Shown: in pieces, positions 30,077 to 46,194 of the stretch
Layout: each line of letters begins with the position of its first letter
Numbering within the stretch: position 1 is the stretch's first letter
Assembly (NCBI RefSeq): GCF_009914755.1
Contig: NC_060932.1
DNA from: the human T2T-CHM13v2.0 reference genome, Homo sapiens
Reading direction: 5' to 3' (one strand)
DNA length: 64,000 nucleotides
Position numbers and translations under genes: made by a program
Notes under the pieces: model-generated
The model's database searches: none
Told to the model about the DNA's origin: nothing
Seen by the model: the letters and a program-made list of their open reading frames with translations, nothing else

Positions 30077-33000
30077 ATATTCTCATAAGATGATTTTCTA
30101 ACCTCTACTTGAATACCTCCAAGTTTACTCCTTCACAAGTCAGCCCATTTAATTGTTAGAAAACAAATTCTAAAGTTCCTTCTTATGGTGAGTGAAAATC
30201 AAATCAATTTCTCTCATAAATGCTGGCCGTGGTTCTGCACTCTAGTTTCACAGAATACGTTAACCCTTCTTCCTCAATCAAATCATAAAATATTTGAAAG
30301 GGACTACTCCATTTCACCCCTGCTACCCATTCCCAAGCCAGGTTAAACACCAAACTTCTTTCAACCCTTCATTTGACATGGTTTCCAGAGTGATCATTGG
30401 CTAAGACTCCCTGAGTCTGGTTTGGCAGAGCAACTCTTAACATATGGCACCAAAAATGGAACACAACGGTCTAAGTGCAGTCTGACAATTTAACTCTATT
30501 CAAAGAAACATTTATTGAGTGCTTTCTGTGCTCCAGACTAATATTTTTCTTGATCTTGACTACATTTCTATTAATGACCCCTAAAACCACATTAGCTTTG
30601 TTTGTTTTGGTCCATTTCACACTATCGGGATAAAAACAAGACCAGATTCTCTTATCCAAATCATTAGTTTACTCCTCTGCTGCCAGTTCTATAGACATCA
30701 TAGCATGATGGGACAATCAAAAGTTTTGAGCCATCTGAACCTGTGTGGACCATTATTTACTAGATGCATGACCTAATACTGGAACTTGCAACTTTTCATC
30801 CAAGTCCCTGATAAAAACAGTTAAAAAGGCAAAGCCAATGACAGATTTGTTTGGCACATAAGATTATCCTCTATATTGACCATCCACCAATCCCATTAAA
30901 CAGTGATTGCCTGTTATGCTGCAGGAATGGAGGACGAGATAGTCTAATTAGTGAAGGAAAAGAAAAGTGAAGCACTAAACCTGTGCCAGGCGCTTAACAT
31001 ACGTTACCTCACTTGATAATAATTTTGTAAGATAGTCATATTGTCTTCATAGAGAAAGAAATTGGGGAATTAAGTAAGCAAGGTTTCTAAGATCATGCTG
31101 GTAAGAGTGGAAAAGCTGGAATCAAACACAGTTCTCTCACTCCTAATACCAACAATTACATGGTGAGATTTGAGCATGGGAAGAATAAGTGTGGTCAAGA
31201 TGGATTGGTGGGCTAGGGGAGGCAGGAAAGAGTATGCAGGATGGCAAAAGTAATGTGAAATGAGATATAAAGGTAGAAAGATTAAGTTGAAGCCAAATTA
31301 CAAAGGGTCTTGAATTGTATACTAGCAAATTTGGAATTCAATCTGTAGGTTATTAAAAATCAACCCCTGCTGGTTATGGTTAGTCAACCAGTTCAAATAC
31401 TTGAAAACTAATTTCACAGATAATGATAAGGTCTTTGGAGACAAAGCACTATAAGTGGAGCATGTGTTGAGGTTGTTATTTTAGATAGGGTTGTTAGGGA
31501 AGGCTTTCTAAACAGAAGGGATTTAAGTCAAGGAGAAAGTGATACAGGTATCTCAGAGAAGAGCATGCCAGGTAGAAAGACCCTGAGTATATCTGGCATA
31601 TTCATGTTTGAGAAGCATAAAGAAAGTCAGTCAGGTTGGAAAGTAAGTAGAGAAAATAAGTAGAAAATAAAGATCAAGAGATAGCAAGAGCCAGATCATA
31701 TAGGATTCTGGATTTTATTCTTAGTGTAATGAGAAGTCCCTAGACAGGGTTTTGAACAGAGCAGGAAGTAACATGATTCAATTTATTATTTTTATAATAC
31801 TTTATTGAAATCATAATACATTAATTTATGGTTCCCTAAAATACCAGTCTATAACTATCCAAAAAAAGAAAGATTAGTTTGGCATACTTACTCTCAGTAA
31901 ACCCATACTGGCTTCTAATATTTAGCTAAGTGCTCATAAACCAAACATTACTAATCTGTTCTAGAATTTTGCCAGACACTTAGTTTGAGAATACATCATT
32001 CCTTCTCCTCCCTGTCCCCAGATTCTTTTTGAAAACCCGCGACAACATTTTCTCTTCTCTTGTCTTGTAATGTGAAGAATGGGTAATTAATTGGTAGACT
32101 GTGTGATCCTGAATGTAGATGCAAGAGGAACTCCAAAAAAAAAAAAAAAAGAGGAGGTAAAAACAGAAGGATTTGGAGAGATGGAAAACAGGAAAAAGGC
32201 AGCCCAGGTGAGTGCTTGGGACACACAAAGGGGTCAAACTTCAGGTCTTGCTCAGGAGGGATAAAAACATTACTACATAGAATTCAACAGAAATCACACT
32301 GTCCTGTCACCTAAAGTCTGAAAGGAAACAGAAAAATGGCAATGTCTATTCTGACTGGGTGGCAGGATTATCACATTTTTGGTAAACTGTCTATAATATT
32401 GTTATGTCATTTCTATAACTTAAAATAGATTTTTTTAAAAGAAAGTTAAGAGAATTTATTTCTTTTCCAAAACAAGTTGATGTAATCACAAATCCCAAGA
32501 CACTGAAATGTAAATGTTAAGAAACCGACATTAGATCTATATAGAGATTTTTCTATTTAAAATTTCACAAAAATGTACTTGTTTTGGAGGGAGAGTGGAG
32601 ATTGCAGAGCCCACAGGAAAGACTATGTAATCTGGAAAAGCAAAATTCTGGCAATTTTGTCATGCTACTGGGTCTTATATAATATACAACTGGACAACAA
32701 AAGTTAAAGAGTCAGACCAAACAAGAACTCCTTGAATATCCTGTGGTGTTGCTCAGGCTTGTTCTTGGAAAGGGAGCAGGAGCTTTGGTGTGTCAATCTA
32801 ATTTCCATAATGGGTCCAGAGACCTAGCTATGCCCAACAGAGAGAGTACAAAATTATTTTAGAAAAATAAAATCACAAAACAAACATGCATGCATGCATA
32901 GATACATATATATATATAAAACTAATCTACACAAGAAAGTGCTGAATAGTACTTTCCCTTCAAAAGGTATTCCAGTGTTTAGGCTTTAAGAGACTTCACA

Positions 33001-33195
33001 TTTATGGTACACTCCCTTAAAAATTACTTGTGATTTTTTTTTATGTTTCAAATTTTCCCTGGAAAACAGTTTCATAACACAATAGCAAAAACCTTTTCTT
33101 ATACATCTTTTAACCAGCATTCCTTATTAACTTTATTTTCATACAACAAGATAGGTCTTTTTATGACCCCTCATTTCACTTTTCCCCAATTCCTT

Positions 33196-33609
33196 AATGT
33201 GGTTTGAATGTGTCCCCCAAATTTAATGTGTTGAAAACTTAATTCCCAATGCAACAGTGTTGGGAGGCGGGGCCTAAAAAGAAGTGATTAGGTCATGAGG
33301 GCTCTGCTCTCCTGAATGGATTAATGTTGTTATCTTGAGAGTGGGTTGGTTATCAAGAGAGTGTTATAAAACTTGTTTAAAGTTTGTTATAAAAGTGAGG
33401 TCAGCGCCCCTCTTTCTCCCTCATTCTCTTAATCTCTGTTTTCCCTTCCACCATGGCATGATGTGGGAGGAAGGCCCTCACCAGATGCAGCCCCTTGATC
33501 TTGGACTTTTCAACTTCCAGAACTGTGAGCCAAATAAATTTCCATTCCTTATACATTACCCAATCTCAGTTATTCTGCTATAGCAGCATAGACTATATGG
33601 ACTAGGACA
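33196..33609 (+). mobile_element. MaLR solo LTR (MSTC/MSTD-like)
   Basis: tgtggtttgaatgtgtccccc...ccagaactgtgagccaaataaatttc...tatagcagca...ggactaggaca. Confidence 0.82.
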
Positions 33610-33857
33610 TCCCTTAATACTCACAATACATGTTACTGCTGTCTATGACTGAAACTATTAATTGGCATCAATCTATGTTACACCAATGACAGTGTGCCAA
33701 GTCCTATTTACTACTGATATAAAACTCTAGTTGCCTTAAATACAAATTCCACTTTAAGTTCTATCCAAGAGGATGAAAATAATTGCTTGAAAGCAAAAAA
33801 TTAGTTCCTTGACTTTTTTGATATTTTGTCCTTATTATCTCTGTCAAAAGTCTAACT

Positions 33858-34010
33858 GTTAGCTGGGCATCATGGCACATGTCTGAAGTTCCAGCTACTT
33901 GGGAGGCAGGAGGATCGCTAGAGTTTGAGAAGTCGGGGCTGCAGCGAGCCATGATCATACCACTGCATTCCAGCGTGGGCGACAGAGCAACACAATGTCT
34001 CAAAAAAAAA
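33858..34010 (+). mobile_element. Alu right monomer (FRAM-like)
   Basis: Single arm with A-tail; TSD aaaagtctaac / aaaagcctaac. Confidence 0.82.
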
Positions 34011-34284
34011 AGCCTAACATGGTGCCAAATACAGCTGAACCAGAGTTTGTACAGAATGCTTTTTAATGGTTAGAAAAACTCCAGATTTCTTCAATAAGAA
34101 TAATTTCTAAATATGATTCAAATCCAAATGATTAACTATGTAAAAAGATAAAACCTTTACCTAAATGCTTTAATATTTTTTTAAAAAGCATTATCCCTGA
34201 TAAATTGGTTTCACAAGATAACCCAGTGATTAAAATATTTTGCTTTGATAATATATATTCAATAGATCATAATAATAAACTCAC

Positions 34285-34347
34285 TGGAAGGCTTAGGAAT
34301 TCATTAAAGTAGTCTACAAGGAAATCATCTGTTGCCAGAGAATCTTC
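34285..34347 (-). CDS. RGS22: RGS22 exon 3 (EDSLATDDFLVDYFNEFLSLP)
   Basis: T-tract+gcag acceptor, CCA|GTGAGT donor, 63 nt, phase 0-0; too short for the ORF track. Confidence 0.93.
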
Positions 34348-36017
34348 CTGCAAAAAAAAAACATAAAAACACAGTATTATAATTATACATTTTAAATCAT
34401 GCCTATATTATTCTCTATTTCTGCTACGAATTTATTATCACATAGATCTTCAAATCTCTTTTAGTCAGTCAACAGTGAACCCTCACTATAAACTGAACAC
34501 AGTTTATGGTGTTTTATTGTCTCCTTCCAATCTCTGAAAGGAAAAAATAAGAAAACAGAAGTGGGCATACTCTTAAAACACTTTGCTACTATACTTAGTT
34601 GGAAAACAGAACACATGAAAAATATAGCACAACACTTAAATGAAACATCAACAAATACAAAATAATACCACCACATGGTAAGTTTCACACAGACTTATTA
34701 AATATATACATATTTCATAAAAATAAAGGCAGAGTCAACAAGAAGCAGTGTTTGGAGCCCAAATGAAATTGAGAATGTAAATTTCTTGAATTGCCCAATG
34801 AAAATGATAAAGGAAGTGAAGAAAATGTTCTACTGTCCCCCACCCCAGAATGAGGTACATTTTTAAATCTGGATCCTGCTTCACTTTTGCACGAGGAAAG
34901 TTTGACAATGCATGTGTTCTAAGAATAAAGATTGTATGCATTTTTTCCATAACTATCTCATCCACCAACATAGCCACTTTTCAAATTGGCAAAATTGAAA
35001 AGCCACTGCCAAGAACAAAATTTCTCTTCCAAATCATAAGACACCTTATTTTATTAGCAATTGTTTCCATTATGTCAAAAGCACATCATGGCATACTGTT
35101 GTATGGTACATGTGTTTATTTTGTTATTCATAATTATACTTCAATTTTGCAAATCTAACATGAAAGTTCACAATATGACACAATGCTATTATTTCCATAT
35201 GGCTGATTACTTTCTTTTTATACTGGCCAATTTTTAAAAATTTATTGAAGTATATAGTGCTATCAGGAAGACACTATAGCATATTGCACCTACTTTGGAA
35301 AGTGGATTTTCAGGGTAATTTCTTTAAGTAATTGCAGCATCAGAAGAGAGTTATAAACAATCACTTATAGAATTTATATCAAGAAACTTACTAGAAACCT
35401 TAAAAGATTTAGTTTTCTAAAAATTTCAACTGATTAAAATAACAACAAACTAAGGATTTAATAAATTTACTACCTTAGTAGTAGTACCTTAGTAGCATGT
35501 GCTCAAAGAAAGTCCTGATTGGCAAAGTCTAACAAAGCAGAACAAGGCAGATATCCTTTTGGGGGAAGCTATAAGGCATTTAGTAACCTATCAAACTTTA
35601 CCTTTCAAAGTTACTTTAATAATTCCTACTGTATTTAGTGGACTATCTAGTTTTTGCTAATTCTTATGAGAAAACATCTGAATTCTGGGTAGAAGGCATT
35701 GTGCTACAATAAGGGTGGCCAAATTTGGCAGTACTGGATCACATGATCAAAAATCCACAGATGTGAACAGTGAATAGCTTAAATAATTTGCAGTAGTGCA
35801 GTACAATCCCTTGTTAGTTTTTCTAAAGTATACATTTCATTTTTAATTTTTAGCCATAATACAGAATATGTATTTCATAGCACCTGGTGGACGTAAGTAT
35901 TGCCTAGAATTGCCACCTTGTCTGAAATTTCTAATTTTCAGATTCATATATTCATTTCCAGATGTCTTGCACTTCTAAAAGATTCTAACTCAATGAACTA
36001 TCTGAGATGAGATACCC

Positions 36018-36321
36018 GTTTTATTTTTGTTTTTGTTTTGAGACAAGGTCTTGCCCCGTCACCCAGGCTGGAGTGCAGTGGTGTGATCTCAGCTCACTGC
36101 AACCTCCGCCTCCTGGGTTCAAGTGATTCTCGTGCCTCAGCCTCCTAAGTATCTGGGACTACAGGCACATGCCACCGTGCCCAGCTAATTTTTGTATTTT
36201 TTGTAGAGACAATGTTTCACCATGTTGCCCAGGCTGGTCTCGAACTCCTAGCCTCAAGTGATCTGCCCGCCTCGGCCTCCTAAAGTGCTGGGATTACAAC
36301 CATGAGCCACCATGCTCAGCC
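36018..36321 (-). mobile_element. Alu (J/Sx-like)
   Basis: Full antisense dimer. Confidence 0.93.
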
Positions 36322-37445
36322 CTGTTTTGTTGTTGTTTTTTTCCTTAACGTATTTCAGACAGATAACTTTGAAAGAATAATTAGAAAATGAAATAAAAGA
36401 TACATATTGCAATCCCAATTTTTTGTTATTAAATTTAACAGATATAAATATACTCTGTCAAACTGCCATAAAGGTTCTAAAAGTTTACTCTAGATTCCTG
36501 AGCTCAGCTCATCTCACTACAGACTGATAAGAGTTCTCAGGTGGCAGCAGTAGCACTGCTCTAACCCCTTGGTGACTTGACATTTCCTAGGCATTCAGTC
36601 ATATCCTTTGGTTTGCACTTACAGAAAACTATGAAAACCTCAGGTATTATCAAATACATCAAAATCAATTATATCTTTTATAAAATTGTGCCTTAATTTC
36701 TATCAATATGAAACCTCAGCAATTCCGTTGATATTGGGTAGTTCCACAATGGGAAATAAGTGTTGCCTGCAAGTGCGATCTGCTCAACCCACATCTGGCA
36801 CCTGAGTGGAAAGGCTTGTCCTTCTCTTAGTAAATAAAGGAACCTATTTTCCCACTGCAGTTTCTAGTTCAATGTGTTCAAAATATCTTGTCACATCACT
36901 AAGCAGTCTTGTAAACCCATGAGTATCTGATAAGCTGTTTACACCACAAACCCTTTAATTAAAAAAACAAAATTAAGCCTTGAGCTGAAGAAGTAGCTCA
37001 GTCACTCTCAAAGAGTTTCCACAGTCCCATTACTTGGCTATATTAAAATGCTCTAAGTCTCTATGCTTAGGTTTAACATCTTCCAAATAATCAATAAACT
37101 GGTGATGGTTAATGGTACAATCAAGAAGAAAATTGAGTTACAATCATTTCCTCCATTACATCATTCCATAAGCCTGACTGCAAAATTTGCAACACAGATT
37201 CTCTGTTGAATGAAGGTAGGAACACTTCTTCAGAATTGAATGTACTCTTGAAACCTGTTTTTTCATGTATTACAGGTGTGCCATCTGTGAAAATGAAGTC
37301 AGCTTTTCCATTTTTAGTCCAAACTTCTCAAAGGTCTTACTGAAAGAGGGTTAACAAAATAGTTTATGTGTGCTTGCTAATTATGGTAGGTAAAATTTTT
37401 TGCTTAAACTTATTTTGCTGCACCTTCAAATCAGATGAACTACAA

Positions 37446-37647
37446 TTTTTTTTTTTTTTTGAGACAGGTTCTTGCTCTGTCACTTAGGCGCTTAGCTAAT
37501 TTAAAAAAATTTTTTTTTTTTTTTTTTGGTACAGACAGGGTCTCACTATATTGCCTATGCTGGTCTTGAACTCCTGGGCTCAAGCAATCCTCCCACCTAG
37601 ACCTCCCGAAGTGCTGGGATTACAAGCATGAGCCAACACACCCAGCC
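37446..37647 (-). mobile_element. AluJ-like with most of the right arm deleted
   Basis: Tail, then ~30 nt of right arm joined directly to the mid A-rich linker and left arm. Confidence 0.82.
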
Positions 37648-37999
37648 TAATTTCTTTACAACTCTAAAAGATGCAAGATATACAAAGACACTATAAACAA
37701 GGAAGAGGAAATAAGATACAGACAAAAAAACTACAGTCCAAGAAAGAATGTGATACATGCCATAAGGGAATTACAATATAAACTGTTTCTTCCAAAGGAA
37801 GGAAAGACGTTATCTGGTAAGATGAATCAGAAGAGACTCAAGTGGGAAAAATGGCATTTGAAATGCATTTCAAATAACTTCAAATTCTGTATTTAGAAAT
37901 ATAAATATGAGGGGCAATAATGCTGAGGACATAGATAAACACGAGCAAAGAAGAGAGGCCAGAAAGCAAGACAGCATAGCAGGTGTCTCTGGGGAATGG

Positions 38000-38430
38000 G
38001 GGCGAGAATCAACTGACAAGGAGCTTGAAGAACTTTCTAGGACTATGAAAATGTTCTATGTATGCACTGGAGTTTGGATTACACGAGTGTATACATTTGT
38101 CAAAATTCATCAAATTATCATTCTTTAAATGTTTGCATTTCAGTGTATAAATTGTGCATCAACAAAAGAATCATAAACTAATATTGAATATTATTAATAG
38201 TTCATGATACTTATGAAGTATTTACAGGTGAAGTTTATCAATGTCTGTAACTTACTTTGAAATGCATAAAAAATAAGATGGACTGATGGATGATGAGATA
38301 GGACAGCTATGTGAAAAAGCAAATGTAACAAAAATTGTGAAATCTTAGTGGTAGGTATATCAGTGTTCACTATACAATTCTTTTAATTCTTATATGTTTA
38401 AATTTTTTCCTAGTAAAATGTTTGGAGGAG
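38000..38430 (+). mobile_element. Old L1M 3'-end fragment
   Basis: aaaatgttctatg...gtgtatacatttgtcaaaattcatc...tgttcactatacaattctt motifs. Confidence 0.65.
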
Positions 38431-39666
38431 GGCTTTATGTACAAGGAAATAAGATCAAGTTTCTCTGCACGTTATGGACAGGCTTCTTAGCCTTCTGTGT
38501 ATTAAATATCAGATTCTCAAATCAGCATCGTTGCCTCTAGAATAAATTCCTGGTTATCTGACCATCTTCTGATTACTACTCTGGAATCCTGTCCACTAAG
38601 GGACTGACCTCGGTTCACCGTACTGTCCATCATACGCCAAACCTCATCTTTCCTATTCCTTCTTATCCACACCACCCTATGGGTCAGCCTTCCTAGCCAC
38701 ACCTCATTTAATACAAGGGATCCATTGTTCCCCCAATCTCCAATCCTTTTCTACTACAAAAAGGGCTTATGGTGAAAGCAATTTGGCTCCTGCCCACTGT
38801 CCAGCCTTATCTCATACTACACGCTGTGGTCATAGCAATTTTTTTATAGTTCTGCACCTTGGCACATGCTGATTATTCTGCCCAGAAAAATTTTCCCCTT
38901 TATTCACGTACCTATCTTTTTTCTTCTCCAGAAGTCTGGAGTAGTGGTCATCTATATTTCCCCTATAAAAACCTTTATCACTTCATACTATAATTGTTTA
39001 CATGTCTCATCCACTGGATTGTGAACTGGAGGAAAAGGGCTGTTTCCTATTTATTCTTTTAATTTCTCAATGCCTTTAGATAGTAAATGTTTAGAACATT
39101 TTTACTGAATAATTGAATGATTACACTGAGGACATGAAACCTAAAGAGAAAAGACTAATAATTTTAAAAAGACTCTAACGAATAATACTAATTAAAAGAA
39201 GAGATATTGTCAAAAGAGAAAAGGGTCAGAAAAAGAGAATGCAAGGTGAGACAAGCTCCACAACACATCTTGTTGAAAGTATAGCTTGCCTAGATCAAGG
39301 CATTTTTGAAATTTGAAAACCAAAAGCCCACATATCAGATCCCCACTGGTTTGCAAAATTATATTTTCTTAGAAACAAAGTCTATGAAGGAGGAAGATAT
39401 TAAAGTGGTTCATGCAATGAGGAGCAAAAGTATGGACTCTGCTTTTATCCTCCAAAGGTTATCATCACAGATTACATCAGTATCTATCCAGAAGCACTTT
39501 TCCATCGGGTTTCTGTTCTCTTCTCTCTTCTTCCCTCTTTCTTCCTTCTTCTTCTCTTCTATTCTCTTTTCTCTTCCCTTTCCTTCTCTCTGTCTCTCTC
39601 TCTCTCAACAAGTACCCAAAAGGCTTGAGAAGGTGAAGGAAGCTCTGGATGCTCCCCTGCCCCTGA

Positions 39667-40011
<345 letters not shown>

Positions 40012-40859
40012 CAGACTCCCTTTTATCCAATCAATTTTATCCAATCCAATACTTCGAATTATACCTACTAGGCTTAAGACAATCCATTAGGCACAAACAC
40101 CCTAAGGCTTTCTCCTTGTACAAAGATACTTACAACTCAATAAACTCATTTAAAGCAGAGAGTATCTCACACCCTTGGTCACCTTGTCTCCCATTCTATA
40201 CTTTACAGGTAAAAAGAGGATGTGGCAAGCTTCTCTAAATCCCAATGTACTTTTAATTCAAACCTCACACTTAAACTATAAACTGCTTATCCTTTTACTG
40301 TTTCATATTAAAGGCCATCTCTCTGATCAGAAGGTATGCTACTTTGGGGACTAATGACAATGTTTGTCCCCAGTAGTGTCTAATATGGCCATACCTTGAA
40401 AAAGTTGCTTAATGATATACTTATTTACCAACTTATCAATGGGACTGTTAACAGTTTCTGTAGTTCCAAAAAAGCATCAGAGAATTTGATTCCTACTCAG
40501 AGTAAAGGATTCCATAGAGATGAAAGAATTCCAAATAGCATAACACTTTACAAAGGACCTCTGGGACCTGTCTTAGTTTCCTAAAGACTTGTTCACAACA
40601 CTTCTGGCCCCTAGCTCTGCAACCTCTTAAAGAAACAAGAACAGGAGAACGTAGGGGTAGTACTTAGGTCTAGCCCTATCTTCCAGTGTTTCCATATGAA
40701 GCTGCCTAGTGTGTCAGCCCCAGTAGGCTCTCACTGTTCATTTAACCCAATTATGTGTAATTTAACATATTTTGTTTGAAAAAAACCACCAAGTGGTCAT
40801 TAATTGCCAAGTAATTAGTCTTGTTTAGGAGGACTGGAATTATGGACCTTTATTCTATA

Positions 40860-41461
<602 letters not shown>

Positions 41462-41991
41462 TGTTACTGTATGTTAAAATAATGAGAATGTCTTCATGCT
41501 TGGGAAATACCCTATGTTTATTATAATTTCATTCAACCTGTAAAAATAACAAAATAGAAATTTGAACAGACTAAAAATTAGTTAAAAATGAATACCACTT
41601 TTAACAACTAAAATACAAGTAAATACTGCTTAAAGCTAAAGTTTATCTTAATTTGATAGTAAGATTACAAGGTAGTCTCTTTTTTAACTTTTCCTTTTTT
41701 AAACAGCTTTTAATCCAGTTTTAACGTTAATAAAACTGTGGGTTTTCTAAATCAGAAAACCTTCAACAAAATAGATCATTACACTACAATGTTTTTACTC
41801 CATAAAGAATTTTCTTTCCTGGATTCCATTTTTTGATGGAAGACTTGATAAAGACTTTTTTTGAAGTCTGGCACACTTACTTGCATAGTTGCAAACTAAC
41901 TACTTTTAAGGCACAAGAAAAAGATATTATTTTGAATGTAAAAGTCAGGCTCTTAAATCTTCGCTATTAATGCACTCTATTTTAATGATAA

Positions 41992-42387
<396 letters not shown>

Positions 42388-44831
42388 CTAAATTTTAATG
42401 TGTAAATTTTGTAATTCACTCTCACTTTAAACTTTCTCAATGTGTATCTTACACCTAGGTAAAAAATTAAAAATATATACAAGGTATGTGTCCCTAACAA
42501 ACAAATAATTTATTCTAAATGAGTTATTCTATCCTTTGAGAATGAAGACCCCATGTTGAGGTTCAAATATTATTTTGCAGATGTCTATAACAGCATGGTA
42601 CTTTTAGATCCACTGAGAAAATACAATATGAAAAAAAAGCTAGTATGAACACAGGAGCACGAAACCAAAAAAAAAAACTACTTAAATAAAATAATAAAAT
42701 ATTTTTCTCATGTAATCAAAAGCAGTTGTAATCATAAGACATTAATCATAAGGCATTGTGGCTTCCCAAATATCAGGGACCCAGGCCCCTCTGATCTTAT
42801 GTCTCCACCATCCTCAAGATGCCACATCCATCTCATGATTTAAGATGACTGCTTTAGCTCCAGCATCACAACTGTATTCCAGCTGGCAGAAAAGAAGAAA
42901 AAGGGCTCATTCTTTCCTTCTACACTTATGTAAGTATTAAAGTTAGAATAGCCCAGCTTCTAACTGTGGCTCAACTAATTACTAGCTGTGTGACCTAAGG
43001 GTCCATTATTTGATCTCTATAAACATCAGCTCTCCAGAGAAGTAGGACACAACACTTCTGCCTACATCGTATTGGCCAGAATTTGGTTCTGTGACCATGT
43101 TTGGCTGCAAGGGAAACTAGAAAATGTAGTCTTAATTTGGGATAGCAATGGGTCTGATATCTACCATGGAAAGGAGAGAATGGAGTTTGGGGAACTACAG
43201 GTCCGTGACACATTTTTCCTAAGAATACGTAATTTATTAATGAAAACAATACTTTCACACTTTTGAAAAACAGGGGTAAATACATGTGCAAGACATGTTA
43301 ATTATTTAATCTATAGACAATACTTGGTTGAGCATATGAATTTGAGAATCTGGTTATAAATTGCTCTCAGCTAAAAGATGCTCAGAGCTCACAGGCAGTC
43401 TGGATGATGTTAGGTTGGAAAGGCTTCATGGAGGAGATTAGCTGGGCCTTGAAGAATGTGCAAGATTGTGAAATAGATGGGGAAGGGCAACTGAGACAAA
43501 ATTTGACAGCAAAGGCAAGGAGACAAGTGGGGTATAGTTTGGCTGGGGCAGGAGGCATGTGGATGTACTTTATAAATCAAAAACAGTAAGAATGTTGTCT
43601 TTATCACAGAGAAAAGCATTGGGAGGTAAGGTTAAAGAAGGCTGAAAAGTTATAGAAAAGGTTTTGAAGGCTAAAGCAAAGCATTTGACATTTTGGCTTT
43701 ACCAGTTATGAGATATGTGGCCTCAGGCCCAGTTAGTTAACCACTGTGAACTTCGACCTCCTCTTCTGTGAAATGTAGGCAGTAATAACCACCTAATAGG
43801 GTTGTTTTGAGACTAAATACTAGCATGTTGTTAGCATTCAATAAATACTAGCTATTAATAAAAGCTCTGAGCAAGCCAGTAACAAGGTAATGTTTTAAAA
43901 AATTAATAGCAATCTGATAGCCAGGGTAAGAGTGATAGGAGAAGGAAAAATCTAAAGGTAGACAGAGCAAAGGAATAGGAAGTAATCTAATACAACTGAT
44001 GCTCAGGAGCTTGAATTTTATGCTTTAGACAAAGAAAAACTGGAGTTGGCAGAAGGAATATTGGAGGCAATGGTATCAGTTAGGATTACTACCAAAGTCC
44101 AGACCCAGGGTGGGGGCCTGAAATGAGACAGTAGTTGTGTGGATGGAGAAAAAGATCTGGCTATGAAAGGAGCTTGGTAAATGATTGCAGGCAGGGGATG
44201 AAGAAAAGGGAAGAAAGTCTTTGATGTGAGTGACTGAATGGCCAGTGGCACCACAAACCAAAATAAGAAGTGGAGGAAAGACAGCATAGTGTGGAGGGGC
44301 CTGGGGAGAAAAGTTCAGTTTAGACTGTTGACACGGACATTCAGATGATAAAGAGTCCCAATAACCGCTGGATATACAGAGCTGGCATTAAAAGTGGTGT
44401 CTGGACTGGAGGTATGGAGATGTGGAAGTCCCACGAAAACAGGGGTACTGAAGCTACAGGAGGAGAAGAGGAGCTCACCCAGAGAAAGCCCAGAGAACAG
44501 AATCCTGAAGGTCAATACTTTCATGAGAAAAGAAAAAGAGAAGCCAGAAAGGGGGAATAATAATGAAAGATAAGAGAACTCGGAGACAGTGAAACCAAGC
44601 CAAGAGAAAGGGAATGCCTAGAGTCTTCAGGCTATCATGAGTTCAAGGATGGGGCCAACACCTAAAATAGTGAACTGTTCAAACAGTAAGTGGCGTGTTG
44701 TTGAGTAGTCTTCAGCAGCATGGGAAAAGATTTGCTGGCTTCAGAAATGCTCACCTCCTGCTGGAACTAAGAGTAAATTCAGGAAGGCCTGGAGCAGCTT
44801 AAAGAAATTTCCCATTAAAAGCAGAGCTCTG

Positions 44832-45120
44832 GGCCTGGAACAGTGGCTCGGGCCTGTAATCCCAGCACTTTGGGAGGCCGAGGTGGGTGGATTGCTTGAG
44901 CCCAGGAATTCGAGACTGGCCTGGGCAACATGGTGAAACTCTGTCTCTACAAAAAATATAAAAATTAGCCAGGCGTGCTGGCACGTGCCTATAGGGCCAG
45001 TGACTCAGATGGCTGAGACAGGAAGATCACCTAAGCCCAGGGAAGTCAGGGCTGCAGTGAGTTGTGATGGGGCCACTACACTCCAGCCTGGGTGACAGAG
45101 AGAGACCCTGTCTCAAAATA

Positions 45121-45153
<33 letters not shown>

Positions 45154-45168
45154 ATTTTTTTTTTTCTT
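44832..45168 (+). mobile_element. AluJ-like with (TG)n/poly-T replacing the A-tail
   Basis: TSD aaagcagagctctg at 44818-44831 and 45169-45182. Confidence 0.9.
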
Positions 45169-46165
45169 AAAGCAGAGCTCTGTCAACATGGCCAGAAGAT
45201 GGAAGGAATTTCTGACTTGTTCTGTGTACCTCTACCTTCAGTGGCTGTGTGTGTGTATGTGTGTATGTGTAGATGTGTGTGTGTCTGTCTCTCCCAGCAA
45301 TGGACCAGAGCTCTGGAAAGGTGAATGTGAAAGCCACCCGCGCACACAGCCTTAGCCCTTTCTTCTCTCTTAGTCCCTGCTAGACTGTGAACTTCTTGAG
45401 ACTTAACCTCAGCATCTAGGACCACACTATGACTATACAATCATGCATGTTTGTTGATTGAAAGCCAAAAGCAAATAAGATAATTAGCCAACAAGAGAAG
45501 TAAGTGCTGGAAGACATAAATAAATAATAGAAGTGGTTAGAGCTCTTGGAATCAGACTCAGATCTTGGTAGGAATTAGGCTCTGACAGCTCCTATTTGTC
45601 TGTGTAACCTCAGGCAAGTTCCTGAAACACTGTATACAATGGGAATTACAATGGAACCCAGCCTAAATGTAGCACTCACCTAAATGACAATGTATAGGAT
45701 ATATTTAGCAAATACTTTTATTACTTCACCTCTCTAGAAGTCTGAAATGGGAGTATTTAGTACATTTGTAAAGGAATGATAAATTGACCACTCTTTATCC
45801 ATCAACGCCATTTACTTATGTTTACTCCAACCAGGAAATGCACAGCCACATCATAATACAGCCATGGAGATAAAACTTTCCTCTCATGGAGTCATTAAAG
45901 AGTTTAGAGAAATTAAATGAGGCCATTTATGTGAAAGAACTTTAATGATGAACAGCATCCACCATACAAATTAATTGGCCCCTTCTTAAAATTATGTGCC
46001 AGATAAAGAATTTAAAAAGATCTTGTACACAGTTATTACAATTGTTACTAAACCAAAACTCTGGCAAAAAGGAGGAAAGAAAACACACAGCTTTCTTCTA
46101 TGATCTAATATTTGCTAGTTTTTTAAAGGCCAAAGAAAAAAATAGCCCCTTGAAATGATACTTAC

Positions 46166-46194
46166 AAATTCTTCTTCTGTAATAGTTGGTGGCT
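46166..46194 (-). CDS. RGS22: RGS22 exon 2, 29-nt micro-exon (EPPTITEEEF)
   Basis: tttcag acceptor, TTT|GTAAGT donor; 25+29=54 nt keeps the frame. Confidence 0.93.

Noticed and set aside
35879-35895. CTCF-like CCACCAGGTGCTA on the minus strand (and a weaker one near 36535)
   Set aside because: Partial motif matches are common by chance; cannot be supported without ChIP data
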